A DNA stretch of 64,000 nt, taken from assembly GCA_965213925.1 (NCBI GenBank), contig OZ243927.1:2624001-2688000 (forward strand), in the 5' to 3' direction. The notes under the pieces are model-generated. The model did not search any database and was not told the DNA's origin. It saw nothing but the letters and a program-made list of their open reading frames with translations. Below, one piece after another: positions 21,612-34,215 of the stretch. The stretch comes from Trueperaceae bacterium. GTDB lineage: Bacteria; Deinococcota; Deinococci; Deinococcales; Trueperaceae. Numbering within the stretch: the stretch's first letter is position 1; each line of letters starts with the position of its first letter. The position numbers were made by a program, and so were the translations under genes.

Positions 21612-23015
21612 GGTTGAGATGAGAGAGCTCCCAAGTAGCAAAGCGCTACGCTGAGGTGCGGGCGATAGCCCGGAAGGGAGCGAAAGATGAAAGGAACAGG
21701 AGCAATCGGTAGAGTGATCGGCATCGATCTAGGCGACCGCTACTCGTATGTGCATGAACTCGACAAAGAGATGGGTGAGACGCTGAGCCAAACGAGAATA
21801 CCGACCACGCCTGAAGGTTTCGCCGCGCACTTCTCCTCGACACCTCGCGCACGCATCACCGTCGAGGTAGGCAGCCACTCCCCGTGGACCAGTCGCCTGT
21901 TACAGGGATTCGGTCACGAGGTCATCGTTGCCAACCCGCACACGCTCGCGCTTATTCATGGCACAAGCCGCAAACGCGACGAGTTGGACGCTGAGAAGCT
22001 CGCTCGCTTGGCACGGCTTGACCCTAAACTGCTGTCACCCATACGTCATAGGAGTTTCCAGTTCCATGCCGATAGAACAAGGCTCAAGGTCAGAGAGGCA
22101 TTGGTGCGAGCGCGGACCAGCTTGATCGTGCATCTACGCAATCTGCTCAAAGGCTTCGGCATTCAACTTCCCAAATGCGCTGCGACCTGTTTTCATAAGC
22201 GGGTGCTCGAGCACCTACCTGAGGCGCTCAAACCTGCAGTTGAACCGCTGCTCGAGAGCCTAAAGACGATCAGCCGCCAAATCTATGAGATGAAAAAGGA
22301 CCTCGAGCAGCTCACCGCAGAGCGCTACCCGGAGGCACAATGCCTCCAGCAGGTGGTCGGCGTGGGTCCTCTTCTTTCGCTCGCCTTTATCCTCACCATC
22401 GAAGACCCGGTGCAGTTCAAGAAGAGTCGCGATGTCGGCGCGTACCTGGGGCTCGTTCCTAAACAACATCAGTCTGGTGATAGCGACCCAAGTTTAGGCA
22501 TTGGTCAGGGTGACAAGCTGCTGCGAAGTTTGCTCGTCCAAAGCGCGCAGTACAAGCTTGGTCACTTCGGTCCCGACTGCGACCTAAAGCGCTTCGGCGC
22601 AAAGATCGCTGAATCGGGCGGACAGCTAGGTCAGACGCACAGCGTCCAGCGTCTATGACGCTAACCTGTGGTAAGAAGCGGGCGATTATCGCGGTGGCAC
22701 GCAAGCTGGCGGTGCTCTTGCACCGGCTTTGGACAACCGGTGAGGTCTACGATCCGTTCTACAATAGCAAGTCATTGGTAAACCGAGCGGTTTAAGGCAC
22801 CTACTCTATACCAAAGACGTGTCTAGGGGGACTGCGTCCTGTACGGGCGGCCCCACGAGGTCGTGAGTAGGCAAGCAGCCCCCACCCTTGACGGACCCCA
22901 ACACCGTTTTCGTCCAGCTTGACTGGATGCACCTTAGAGTGCGGATAGAGGCCAGCCTCAGGTTCATAAGGGTATACTCAGTAATACCTCAGCAAAAAGA
23001 AGCTCTCTCATAGAG
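21612..23015 (+). mobile_element. IS110-family (IS1111-type) element; transposase 21687-22795 disrupted near 22622-22669
   Basis: IGIDL DEDD domain, GVGP, AYLGLVPKQHQSG; C-terminal KKRAIIAVARKL in a shifted frame; subterminal IRs ATGAGAGAGCT (21619-21629) and AGCTCTCTCAT (23001-23011). Outer ends approximate. Confidence 0.85.
22796..23000 (+). ncRNA. Candidate bridge/seek RNA region of the IS1111-type element
   Basis: About 200-nt non-coding segment between the transposase stop and the right IR, where IS1111-type elements encode their guide RNA; short matches to both flanks. Confidence 0.55.
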
Positions 23016-23244
23016 ACCGTTAATTGCATAATGCTGAACGCTGGTTCCACTAGATTCTCACGGCGTGATCCTTCGCAAGGAGAAACTCTAAACCGAGCGC
23101 ACTATCCCATGTTCATTGAGGATACGCTTATATGCCGAGGGCATGGAGCGTATGGGCAATGTGCTTTCGTCCACCTACTAACGACATCCAAGGCGTAGAG
23201 ACATTTTGCTATGACGGGACGCCTCGGCATCTAAGCCTTAACTA

Positions 23245-24678
23245 TCAATGCTTGATCATCACGTGTTTGGTGACCTGATAGTCCCTGACCGCTTCAACCG
23301 ACATGTCTTTACCGAAGCCCGACTGCTTAAAGCCGCCATGCGGTCCTTCGGAGATCAGTTGCGTGTGGTCGTTCACCCAGAGCGTGCCGTACTCGAGCTG
23401 ACCACTAAGATGCAACGCTCGCCCCACATCTTTTGTGAAGATCGAGGCAGCCAAGCCGTAAGGGACATCGTTGGCGAGCGACACCGCGTCGGCTTCATCC
23501 TCATAAGAGGAGAGCACCAACACAGGACCGAAGACTTCGCTCTGCATGATTTCCGAATCCTGTTTTGCGCCCCTTATCACGGTGGGTTCGAAGTAGTAGC
23601 CCGCGCCCTCCTGAGCGTTGCCCCCTAGAATGACTTCGGCTCCCTCCGCCTCAGCACGTTTCACGAACCCTTCGACGCGCGAACGTTGCGCCTGCGAAAT
23701 GAGGGGTCCCACCATCGTATCGTTCGCAAAGGGGTCGCCGACTTGAACCACTTTCATCGCTTCGATTAGGGCTTCTTCCACCTCCTTGTAACGCGCTTTC
23801 GGCGCGTAGACTCGCGTGGCAGCAGTGCAATCCTGACCCGTGTTTACAATCGCGGCGAGGCTCGCTTTTTGGGCGACGAGACCGATATCAGCGTCCTCGA
23901 AGACCAAGACGGGCGCTTTGCCGCCCAGCTCGAGATGTACTCTTTTAAGCGTCTTCGCCGCGCTCGCCATAGTTTTTTTACCTGTCGCCGTTGACCCCGT
24001 TAAACTGACCATTCGGACGAGCGGATGCTCTAAGGCGGCTTGTCCGACCTCCGCACCGCCCGAAACGATATTGACGACACCCTCAGGAATCCCCGCCTCT
24101 CGGATGAGGTCCGCGAGCATCAAGGTGGTCAGCGGCGTTTCCTGAGCGGGTTTGAGCACGACGGTGCACCCCGCCGCCAGCGCCGGTCCGAGCTTCCACG
24201 CCGCCATCATAAGCGGATAGTTCCAGGGCGCAATCTGCCCGACGACACCGACGCTCTCGCGCCGGAACATCGAGGTGTAGCCCGGTGCGTAGTCGCCCGC
24301 TGCCATACCGTTCGTATCGCGAGCTGCCGCCGCGAAGAAGCGCAGGTTATCGACTACAAAGGGCAAGTCGGTGGCGAGGCTCAAAAACGCATAAGGCTTG
24401 CCTGTATTCTCGCTCTCGACTTTGGCAAACGCTTCAGTGCGTGTCTCGAGCAAGTCAGCAAGCCGCCACAGCGCATTCGAACGCTCGCCCGGCGTCAGTT
24501 TCGACCAGCGCCCATCCGTAAAAGCGTTGTGCGCTGCGTAGACAGCGGCGTCAACGTCCTCTCCGGTCGCCTCAGCGACTTCAGCAACCCTTTCACCCGT
24601 CGCCGGATTTTCGATGGGCGTACGAGCGTCACCCTTGCTTTTGGTTCACTGACCGTCGATGAATAGGTCGAATTTCAT
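23245..24678 (-). pseudogene. Aminobutyraldehyde/betaine-aldehyde dehydrogenase with a TGA at codon 11
   Basis: GGAGG RBS then MKFDLFIDGQ*TKS...; PWNYPL, LELGGKAP, GQDC and EVFGPV motifs; stop at 24646-24648 where Trp is expected. Confidence 0.8.
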
Positions 24679-24750
24679 ATAACCTCCGGCGGTTAAAAGA
24701 ACCTTCATGCACTTGAAACGCACCTCACACTAGCCTGGTTTGACCTACCC

Positions 24751-25566
24751 TTACACGCCCCACCCAAACCTGACGAGGTGAAGTGCGCTCAGCGCAGACG
24801 CTTCACGCCACCCACGCCACACTGCTTCGACTTGCTGGGTTTGCCCTAAGCTGTCCCTCCCTAAACTCCGCAGATATAACCCCTCGCCAAACGCACCGTG
24901 AACGAGCGATTCGCCGAACGTAGGACGAACGACGCGCTGCTCTTCCTTACGCTGCTCCTTCTCACTGCGGGACGCTTCGTCCCACAGCCACACGCCCGCA
25001 GCGAGATAGGTGTGCGTGTCCGAAATACCGAGATGAGACGCGGAGCGCGGGGTCAGCTCGAGCCCGTCCGCATAAACCAACCTCTTCTCACGGTAGATAT
25101 GCAAGCGGCTCGAGACCCGCCGAAAACTAAAGACCTCACGGTGTGCGGTGCGCCCCATAGAAAAGCGCTCCAACGTGCCGAAGCGAGCGCCCTCGTCCAG
25201 ATAAACCTCGGTGCGCTGAGTAAAGTCAGCGTCTCGGTAGGGAATCACTAAACCGGGGTAGTATTCAAGCTCTGCCCCGCGCTCGACGTGCACCGTGACC
25301 TTCTGACACGCCGAGCCGCCAGGCATCGTGTGAAGTTTGGTCGCCGACTGATTGACGAGCACAACTTTTGCGCCCGTTTTAACAGAAATAGAGAGGTCGT
25401 AATGGTCCCCTTTCATCACGCCCGGACCGACGTTGAGAAGTTGCAACACTACCCGCCCGTCCGCTAGGGGAAAGGGTCGCAGGATTTTGAGCGGACTGCC
25501 GACGAACTGCTCTGCTAGATAAGTTCGTCCTGCTCGCTCGCGAAAGGTCAGCTCGAGCCGACTCAC
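24751..25566 (-). CDS. ureD: Urease accessory protein UreD
   Basis: PLKILRPF...GPGVMKGD...QSATK; position in the urease operon. Confidence 0.85.
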   Translation of the reverse strand: MSRLELTFRERAGRTYLAEQFVGSPLKILRPFPLADGRVVLQLLNVGPGVMKGDHYDLSISVKTGAKVVLVNQSATKLHTMPGGSACQKVTVHVERGAELEYYPGLVIPYRDADFTQRTEVYLDEGARFGTLERFSMGRTAHREVFSFRRVSSRLHIYREKRLVYADGLELTPRSASHLGISDTHTYLAAGVWLWDEASRSEKEQRKEEQRVVRPTFGESLVHGAFGEGLYLRSLGRDSLGQTQQVEAVWRGWREASALSALHLVRFGWGV

Positions 25567-25586
25567 CCCGTGCTGACGTACTACAC

Positions 25587-26201
25587 TCAGGCGCTGACCT
25601 CTTCAAAGAGCACGTCGCGCCTAATCCAACCGATGACCTCTTCGACGCCCGCGCCCGCTTTGAGGTTCGTAAAGACCTGCGGCTTCTCCCCGCGCTGCGC
25701 CTTCGCGTCGCGCTCCATCACGCTCAAGTCCGCGCCGACAAGAGGTGCGAGGTCGGTCTTATTGATGATCAAGAGGTCGCTCCGCGTCACGCCGGGACCG
25801 CCCTTGCGCGGCACCTTGTCGCCGCCCGATACATCCACCACGTAGATGCTCACGTCCACGAGTTCCGGGCTAAAGGACGCCGAGAGGTTATCGCCGCCGG
25901 ACTCGAGAAACAAGATATCCAACTCGGGATAATGCCCCATCATCTCATCCACCGCCTCCTGATTGATGGACGTGTCCTCCCGAATTGCCGTGTGCGGACA
26001 GCCGCCCGTCTGCACCCCTTTAATGCGCTCCGTGGGCAGTGCACCCGAGCGGTTCAAGAACTCCGCGTCCTCGTAGGTGTAGATGTCGTTGGTGATGACC
26101 GCGACGCTGTAGTTTTCCCTCATCCGCTTGCAGAGCGCGTCCAAAAGCGCCGTTTTGCCTGAGCCTACCGGACCACCGATGCCGATTTTGACGGGTTTCA
26201 T
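25587..26201 (-). CDS. ureG: Urease accessory GTPase UreG
   Basis: [26 protein letters not shown]. Confidence 0.97.
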   Translation of the reverse strand: MKPVKIGIGGPVGSGKTALLDALCKRMRENYSVAVITNDIYTYEDAEFLNRSGALPTERIKGVQTGGCPHTAIREDTSINQEAVDEMMGHYPELDILFLESGGDNLSASFSPELVDVSIYVVDVSGGDKVPRKGGPGVTRSDLLIINKTDLAPLVGADLSVMERDAKAQRGEKPQVFTNLKAGAGVEEVIGWIRRDVLFEEVSA

Positions 26202-26248
26202 GGTTATCCTCCTCTTTGAAAGTGCGTTCAGTAATCGTCTCGTATTGG

Positions 26249-26297
26249 AAGGACTGAGGACTGAGAGAAAAGATTCTAACCTCAGTCCTCAGTCCTT
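26249..26297. repeat. Palindromic intergenic element built from GGACTGA/TCAGTCC heptamers
   Basis: 17-bp perfect IR AAGGACTGAGGACTGAG / CTCAGTCCTCAGTCCTT; related copies at 30329-30392 and 40571-40652. Confidence 0.8.
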
Positions 26298-26318
26298 TTC
26301 TCTTTACTTCTAGGGTTT

Positions 26319-26969
26319 TCATGACTGGAACAGCCTCGAGTACAAAAACGCCTGCTGATGCGCCCGAACATCGAGTGCTGGCGTTGCCGAGAAGAGGTTG
26401 GCGTGCGGGTCTGCCAATACGCGCTCCACTACGTTTACTATATCCGGTTGGAAACGAGTCAATATCTCCTGCGCTTGCTCGGGGCTAAGAGGCATACAGC
26501 GCGTGGCGGCGGCGAGTGAAGAGGTTAAGGTGGACTGTGCGAAGGCGAGTAAGAGAGGTTGAAGTTGGATGTCTAAACGCCGCCCAAGTGCGCCGAGGGC
26601 GACAGCTTGATGCGGTTCGCTCAGTTCGAAGTCCAGTACTTGCGGGTAGATTCGCGCCGCGAGCGTGAGGAGCCGTTTGCCGAGTTTGAGGCTGGTGTTT
26701 CTTAGACCTGGAATAGGTTTCCAAGCCGTAACCTCTTGGCAAAGGTTATTGAGAACCTCTTCGTCTTCCGCTGCAAACGCGAGCGCACACGCCGCCAGGT
26801 CTAAGCGCCCGAAGCCTAACTCTAACTGTACACTCAAGACCTCTTCCAAGCCTTCTTTATCTAACCCCATCTGCGCGTAGGTCTCCAAACCCGACGAATG
26901 CGCGAAGCTGCCGATGGGAAAGGCGGAGTCGGTGAGTTGGAGGAGGCGGAGGAAGCTGAGATGGTCCAC
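26319..26969 (-). CDS. ureF: Urease accessory protein UreF
   Basis: LLQLTDSAFPIGSFAHSSGLE and C-terminal YSRLFQS. Confidence 0.93.
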   Translation of the reverse strand: MDHLSFLRLLQLTDSAFPIGSFAHSSGLETYAQMGLDKEGLEEVLSVQLELGFGRLDLAACALAFAAEDEEVLNNLCQEVTAWKPIPGLRNTSLKLGKRLLTLAARIYPQVLDFELSEPHQAVALGALGRRLDIQLQPLLLAFAQSTLTSSLAAATRCMPLSPEQAQEILTRFQPDIVNVVERVLADPHANLFSATPALDVRAHQQAFLYSRLFQS

Positions 26970-26982
26970 GTCAGAGTGTAAG

Positions 26983-27273
26983 CTAACCCTCTTCGGGAAC
27001 GAAAAAACGATAAGTATTCTCGTTTGGTTTCTGCCAAAGAAGCCTTCCGCAGTTTGGACATTCGTATAGTCGACCGTGCGAATCAAACACTGTCCGGTCA
27101 GCTTCTGAAATGTGCTCACTCACCGTACTCGACTTCTCCCCGTTCGCAGTCTGTAGTAGAGCTTCAGCGTCAATCATTTGCTCATAATCTCTGTCTAGGA
27201 CCGTTGTCCATCCCTCATCAGGTATAGGCGTTAAGTTGTGGACGTAGCCGCATTTGCAAACAAGTTTAGGCAT
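26983..27273 (-). CDS. Small Cys-rich hypothetical protein between ureE and ureF
   Basis: CKCG and ECPNCGRL motifs; GGAG RBS. Confidence 0.6.
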   Translation of the reverse strand: MPKLVCKCGYVHNLTPIPDEGWTTVLDRDYEQMIDAEALLQTANGEKSSTVSEHISEADRTVFDSHGRLYECPNCGRLLWQKPNENTYRFFVPEEG

Positions 27274-27299
27274 AGTTTGAACAGGTGCTCCAACCAAGT

Positions 27300-27746
27300 T
27301 TAATGACTATGCTCCCCCGGCGGCTTCCCTCTAAAGGGTCTCTGGGTACGCTCCGCCGCTAACCCTTCTTTCTCCAACCTCTGCTCGAGCGGCATGTTCC
27401 AGAGCGCAAACACTTGACCCGCTTGAATATCAATATCGCGGTGCAAGTTGCCGATCAAATGACCAATGAAGGCGGCTTGTTCGATGTTCTCGGGTGTCAC
27501 CACGAGCACCTCTTCGGGCGCGGCGGTAACGACGTAGGCTTTATTTCCCTCGGCGTGGAGGGCGTGACCGACGTGTAAGGTGGTGCCGGTGGGCAGCTCG
27601 AGCGCAAATTCCTGCCCGTCCGACGCCGTCAAACGACGCCGCACCCGCTGACGGTCTTCGCTGGTCATGGGGAGTTCGACGACTTCATAATCATCGAAGT
27701 GATGGAGGTGCGGCAGGCTTTGAATGCGAATCAGGGTTTGGGGCAT
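27300..27746 (-). CDS. ureE: Urease accessory protein UreE
   Basis: RQRVRRRL...LELPTG...GHLIGNLH, HSH tail. Confidence 0.9.
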   Translation of the reverse strand: MPQTLIRIQSLPHLHHFDDYEVVELPMTSEDRQRVRRRLTASDGQEFALELPTGTTLHVGHALHAEGNKAYVVTAAPEEVLVVTPENIEQAAFIGHLIGNLHRDIDIQAGQVFALWNMPLEQRLEKEGLAAERTQRPFRGKPPGEHSH

Positions 27747-27789
27747 AGATAGGGGTCTCCAATCGGAACAAGGGGTTGCAACCTCTTGC

Positions 27790-29492
<1,703 letters not shown>

Positions 29493-29496
<4 letters not shown>

Positions 29497-29873
29497 CCGT
29501 CGGCTCCTACGTCAACCTCTTGATAACCCTGCGCTTTCGCCCCCCTTAGGGCGTCGGCTTGGTTGGACCCCAACCCTCCATTTACCAACGCATTCATCCC
29601 ATAAACCTCTCGCTTTCCACTAAACGCCACGAGCGTCACCTCGCGTCCTTCACCCGGCTCGAAGCGCAAGGCGGTTCCCGCTGGTACGTCCAAGCGAAAG
29701 CCGTATGCCTGTTCTCGGCTGAACCTGAGCGCCTTGTTGACCTCAAAGAAGTGCGTGTGCGAGCCGACTTGGATGGGTCTGTCGCCGGTGTTGTCCACGC
29801 GCAAGGTGACGCTCTCACGCCCCGCGTTGAGTTCAATCTCGCCTTCGTCTACGAGCAGTTCACCTGGAATCAT
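29493..29873 (-). CDS. ureB: Urease beta subunit
   Basis: MIPGE...[12 protein letters not shown]...RFEPG. Confidence 0.97.
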
Positions 29874-29893
29874 CTTAGCTCCTTAAAAGCGTG

Positions 29894-29997
29894 TCAGCAT
29901 TTCAGCGTGTCAGCTAGTCAGGAAAACCTAAGTCCAGTCAGCCAATCCGGGTTGTGCTTTCTGGTTTTCCTGAAGTGCTGAAACGCTGACTAGCTGA
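29894..29997. repeat. Palindromic intergenic element of TCAGC-N3 octamers
   Basis: TCAGCATT TCAGCGTG TCAGCTAG TCAGGAAAACC ... GGTTTTCCTGA AGTGCTGA AACGCTGA CTAGCTGA. Confidence 0.65.
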
Positions 29998-30002
29998 GTT
30001 GC

Positions 30003-30305
30003 TCACCTAATCGGGTCATGAATCGTCACCAGCTTCGTCCCGTCGGGAAACGTCCCTTCCACCTGAATCTCTAGGACCATCTCGGGCACGCCCTCCATTA
30101 CGTCGTCGCGCCCCAAAATCGTCGCGCCGTAGCTCATCAAATCGGGGACGCTCCGCCCGTCGCGGATGCCCTCCAACACCTCAGCGGTGATGAGCGCGAT
30201 GGCTTCAGGGTGATTGAGCTTGAGCCCCCGTTCTCTGCGGCGACGCGCTACTTCTGCCGCCGTGAAGATGAGGAGCTTGTCGCGTTCGCGTTCGGTGAGT
30301 CGCAT
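30003..30305 (-). CDS. ureA: Urease gamma subunit
   Basis: [11 protein letters not shown]...LNHPEA...[15 protein letters not shown]. Confidence 0.97.
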   Translation of the reverse strand: MRLTERERDKLLIFTAAEVARRRRERGLKLNHPEAIALITAEVLEGIRDGRSVPDLMSYGATILGRDDVMEGVPEMVLEIQVEGTFPDGTKLVTIHDPIR

Positions 30306-30437
30306 GGGATAGTTTACCTCTTGTGAGGAAGGACTGAGAGAAGAGGACTGAGAGGAAAGTTCTCTAACCTCAGTCCTCAGCACTCAGTCCTTTTCTCTTA
30401 CTAAACGCATCTCAATAACGGCGGGTAGGAGGTCGCG

Positions 30438-32600
30438 CTAGCGAATAAAGAGCATCTCTTGATAGGTAGGCAGCGGCCACAGGTCGTCGGCGACGATTGC
30501 CTCGAGCCCATCTGCCGCCTCGCGTACTTTATGCATGGTGGACCTGATTTCGTCGTGGGCGTAGTGAGCGCCCTCTAAACCTTCTGGCACGTTTCGTTTG
30601 AGCGCCTCGAGCTGCGCCGTGTTGTCCTGGAGCGACTTGACGAGGCTCGTGACCTTGTCGAGCGTGTCGGTGTCGAACTCGTAGCCGATAGCTTTGAGGC
30701 TGGCGCAGGTTTGTGCGAGTTCGCCCTGGTAGCGCACGGCGGCGGGGAAGATGATGGTCTTCGCCATCTCCACAACCAAGTTCGACTCCAGGTTGAGGCT
30801 CATGATGTACTGCTCTAAAGCGACTTCGTAGAGGCTTTCCAGCTCGTGCTTGCTGAGCACGTTGTAGCGCTCAAACAGGGCGACGGCGTCGTCGGATATT
30901 AGCGCGGGCAGGGCGTCCGGGGTCGCTTTGAGATTGGGCAGCCCACGCGACTCGGCTTCCTTTTCCCATTCTTCCGAGTAGCCGTCGCCGTCGAACAAGA
31001 CCGCGCCGTGCTCTTGGATGATGGTCTTGAGGAGCGACTGGACGGCGGCGTTGAAGTCGTCCGCGCCCTCAAGCGCATCGGCGACATAGTCGAGCGACTC
31101 TGCCAAGATGGTGTTGATGACGGTGACGGGGCGCGAGATGGATTGGCTCGAGCCCACCGCGCGAAACTCGAACTTGTTGCCCGTAAAGGCGAAGGGGCTG
31201 GTGCGGTTGCGGTCGCCCGCGTGCTTGGGCAGGGGCGGCAGCGTATCCACACCGACGCCTAAAGTTCCCGACGACTTGGACGAAGTCGCGCCGCCGTTGT
31301 TTTTAATCTGTTCGAACACATCGGTCAGTTGGTCACCTAAGAAGATGGAGATAATCGCGGGCGGCGCTTCGTTCGCGCCCAAGCGGTGGTCGTTGCTCGC
31401 CGAGGCAATCGCGGCGCGTAAGAGCGGCGCGTGGCGGTGCACGGCGCGAATCACGGCGGCGCAGAAGACTAAAAATTGCGCGTTGTCGTGGGGGTTGTCG
31501 CCGGGCTCTAACAAATTCCCTTGCGTCGCGTTTCCCAAGGACATGTTCACGTGCTTACCGCTCCCGTTGACGCCCGCAAAGGGCTTCTCGTGGAGCAAGC
31601 AGGCAAAGCCGTATTTGCCCGCGACCTTGTGCAAAACGCTCATGATGACCTGCTGGTGGTCGGCGGCGACGTTGGCGTTTTCAAAGACGGGCGCGAGTTC
31701 GAACTGCGCGGGCGCGACCTCGTTGTGACGGGTTTTGATGGGCACGCCGAGCTTGAACAGCTCGCGCTCGAGGGCGTACATACACGCCTGCACGCGCTCG
31801 TTGATCGCGCCGAAGTAGTGGTCGTCGAACTCCTGACCTTTGGGGGACGGTGCGCCGAAGAGGGTGCGCCCCGCGTTCAAGAGGTCGGGACGAGCCAAGT
31901 AAAAGTTACGGTCAATGAGAAAATACTCTTGCTCTGCGCCCGCCGTCGAGGTCACGAGTGCGATGTTGGTGTGACCGAACAGCTTCAAGACGCGCTTCGC
32001 TTGGGTGTCCAGCGCCTTCATCGAGCGTAGCAGCGGGGTTTTCTCGTCCAGTATTTCGCCCGTCCAGGCGACGAACGCCGACGGAATCGTCAGCGTCAAG
32101 CCGTTAGGGTTCTCGGCGAGGTACGCAGGACTCGTCACGTCCCACGCGGTATAGCCCCGCGCCTCGTGCGTCTGCCGGAGACCGCCCGAGGGGAAGCTCG
32201 AGCCGTCCGGCTCCTGCTGCATCAAGGTCTCCCCGGAAAACTCCGAAAGCGCCCCGCCTTCTGAAGTCGGCGAGAAGAAGCTGTCGTTTTTCTCAGCGGT
32301 TAGCCCCGTCAGCGGATAGAAGATATGCCCGTAGTGCGTCGCGCCCTTCTCAATCGCCCACGCCTTCATTGCCGAGGCGATGGCGTCAGCGGTGGACACA
32401 TCCAGCGCTTGACCCTCCTGAATGGTCTTCTGCAATGACTTATAAACGTGTGAGGGCAAGCGCTCTTTCATCACCGACAAGCTGAAGACGTTGCTGGCGA
32501 AGAGGTCGCCCGTCGGCTTAGCGACGTAGTCGATAGATTCCGGCAGTGTGTAAGTGATGGTGTCGGCGACGGCTCTCGTGCGTACAGCGTTTCCGCTCAT
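30438..32600 (-). CDS. Glutamine synthetase type III
   Basis: [60 protein letters not shown]. Confidence 0.95.
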   Translation of the reverse strand: MSGNAVRTRAVADTITYTLPESIDYVAKPTGDLFASNVFSLSVMKERLPSHVYKSLQKTIQEGQALDVSTADAIASAMKAWAIEKGATHYGHIFYPLTGLTAEKNDSFFSPTSEGGALSEFSGETLMQQEPDGSSFPSGGLRQTHEARGYTAWDVTSPAYLAENPNGLTLTIPSAFVAWTGEILDEKTPLLRSMKALDTQAKRVLKLFGHTNIALVTSTAGAEQEYFLIDRNFYLARPDLLNAGRTLFGAPSPKGQEFDDHYFGAINERVQACMYALERELFKLGVPIKTRHNEVAPAQFELAPVFENANVAADHQQVIMSVLHKVAGKYGFACLLHEKPFAGVNGSGKHVNMSLGNATQGNLLEPGDNPHDNAQFLVFCAAVIRAVHRHAPLLRAAIASASNDHRLGANEAPPAIISIFLGDQLTDVFEQIKNNGGATSSKSSGTLGVGVDTLPPLPKHAGDRNRTSPFAFTGNKFEFRAVGSSQSISRPVTVINTILAESLDYVADALEGADDFNAAVQSLLKTIIQEHGAVLFDGDGYSEEWEKEAESRGLPNLKATPDALPALISDDAVALFERYNVLSKHELESLYEVALEQYIMSLNLESNLVVEMAKTIIFPAAVRYQGELAQTCASLKAIGYEFDTDTLDKVTSLVKSLQDNTAQLEALKRNVPEGLEGAHYAHDEIRSTMHKVREAADGLEAIVADDLWPLPTYQEMLFIR

Positions 32601-32925
32601 AGGGTGATTCCTTTCGTCGTTCATGTTGTGTTCGTGTGTTGGGTTGGTATGCTGGCGGATGCTCGAGTCATCCTTCAACTCGTAGAGCATAACACTACTG
32701 TTTGCTAAGATGCGAGGGAACATAGTTATCAATACACGTCTTTTTGTGCAATGCGTTTATGAAAATTTGTTCTTTTTGCCAGCGCAAAGCGAACAATTTT
32801 GACTACAAGAGGATGAGTTGGATAAGTAGTTTTGCAGTGCAGTAGAGTAAGAGGTCATACGGTTGCAGTTAGGTGCAGGGAGACATAGGGGTAGATAAGG
32901 TAGAGACAGCGTTACACTAAAGCCG

Positions 32926-34092
32926 ATGCTACGCGCTAACCCAACCCCTCGAGCCACCAACTCTAAACTCGATCAAACCGACCCGCAAATCAACTTGGGA
33001 CTCGGTCATCCGAGCGACGACCTCTTGCCCACCGACCTCTTGAGGCGAGTTGCCGAGGTTCGTCTGGCTGAGAGTGCAACACCTTTGTTACAGTACGGCT
33101 CAGGGCAGGGGAATGCTGACTTTCTAGGGGCGTTAGGGGATTTTCTAGCGGACGCGCACGGCGTATCTATTTCACCCGAACACCTGCTCGTCACCAACGG
33201 CGCGTCGCAAGCCTTGGACCTCATCTGCACCGTTCTCACCCAACCTGGCGACACCGTTTTTGTCGGGGAGCCGAGCTACTTCTTGGCGCTTGGCATCTTC
33301 GCAGAGCACGGGCTGAACGTTGTGAGCATTCCTGTTGACAGTGAAGGCGTTCAGACTGCCGCGTTAGAAGAAGCGCTCGCCCAACACGCGCCCGTGTTCT
33401 TCTACACTATCCCGACCTTTCAAAACCCGAGCGGCGTCACGCTCAGTGCGTCGCGGCGGGAGAGGTTGCTCGAGCTAAGCCGCGCCTATAATTTTTTTAT
33501 CATCGCCGACGAGGTCTATCAGCTTCTCAACTTTGCAGCGGAGAGACCCGCACTGCTCGCCACCTTAGCGGAGGATGTAGCGGAAGACGCGAAGGTATTC
33601 TCCCTCGGCTCCTTCTCCAAAATCCTCGCGCCGGGGTTACGCTTAGGTTGGATACAGGCGTCGGAAGCGGTGCTCGAACCTCTTATTCACAGCGGACTCT
33701 TGACGAGCGGCGGCGGGCTCAACCCCTTCACGTCAGGTCTGGTGCGCGTCATCTTGGAAAGAGGTTGGCAAGCCGAGCATCTGGACAGCTTGAGAGAGGT
33801 TTACAGAGGACGCGCAAACGTGCTTGTGAGCGCGTTGCGCGAGCATATTCCTGAGGCTCAATTCGACATTCCCGAAGGAGGATACTTCGTGTGGGTGAGG
33901 CTCGAGGATACAGACACCAACCTCTTACATAAAGAAGCCGAGCGTCACGGGGTTTCGTTTCAGGCGGGAGAGCGGTTCTCGAGCCAAAACAGCCTACAAA
34001 ATGCTCTGCGCCTCAGCTTTTCGCACTACAGCCCTGATGCGATTCGCGAAGGCGTCGGGCGTCTCCGCGCCGCGTTGGACGCGCTAAGCTGA
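32926..34092 (+). CDS. PLP-dependent aminotransferase, class I/II
   Basis: PTFQNPSG, DEVY, GSFSKILAPGLRLGW. Confidence 0.9.
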   Translation: MLRANPTPRATNSKLDQTDPQINLGLGHPSDDLLPTDLLRRVAEVRLAESATPLLQYGSGQGNADFLGALGDFLADAHGVSISPEHLLVTNGASQALDLICTVLTQPGDTVFVGEPSYFLALGIFAEHGLNVVSIPVDSEGVQTAALEEALAQHAPVFFYTIPTFQNPSGVTLSASRRERLLELSRAYNFFIIADEVYQLLNFAAERPALLATLAEDVAEDAKVFSLGSFSKILAPGLRLGWIQASEAVLEPLIHSGLLTSGGGLNPFTSGLVRVILERGWQAEHLDSLREVYRGRANVLVSALREHIPEAQFDIPEGGYFVWVRLEDTDTNLLHKEAERHGVSFQAGERFSSQNSLQNALRLSFSHYSPDAIREGVGRLRAALDALS

Positions 34093-34096
34093 CCTC

Positions 34097-34215
34097 ATGG
34101 AACGCGCCTCGGCTGACCAATGGTATCGCCTCGAGTCCAAAAGCGACGGCGTCACCTTGATTGAAGAGCCCTTCATTAAGCCGTTCTACCGCTGCAACAT
34201 CTGGCACGTTGCGGG
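34097..34215 (+). pseudogene. N-terminal fragment of a metallo-beta-lactamase-fold hydrolase
   Basis: DGVTLIEEPFIKPFYRCNIWHV, then the sequence switches to the antisense of an ABC ATPase. Confidence 0.6.

Noticed and set aside
24646..24648. Recoded TGA (selenocysteine or Trp)
   Set aside because: The position is non-catalytic and TGA terminates many other genes in this window.
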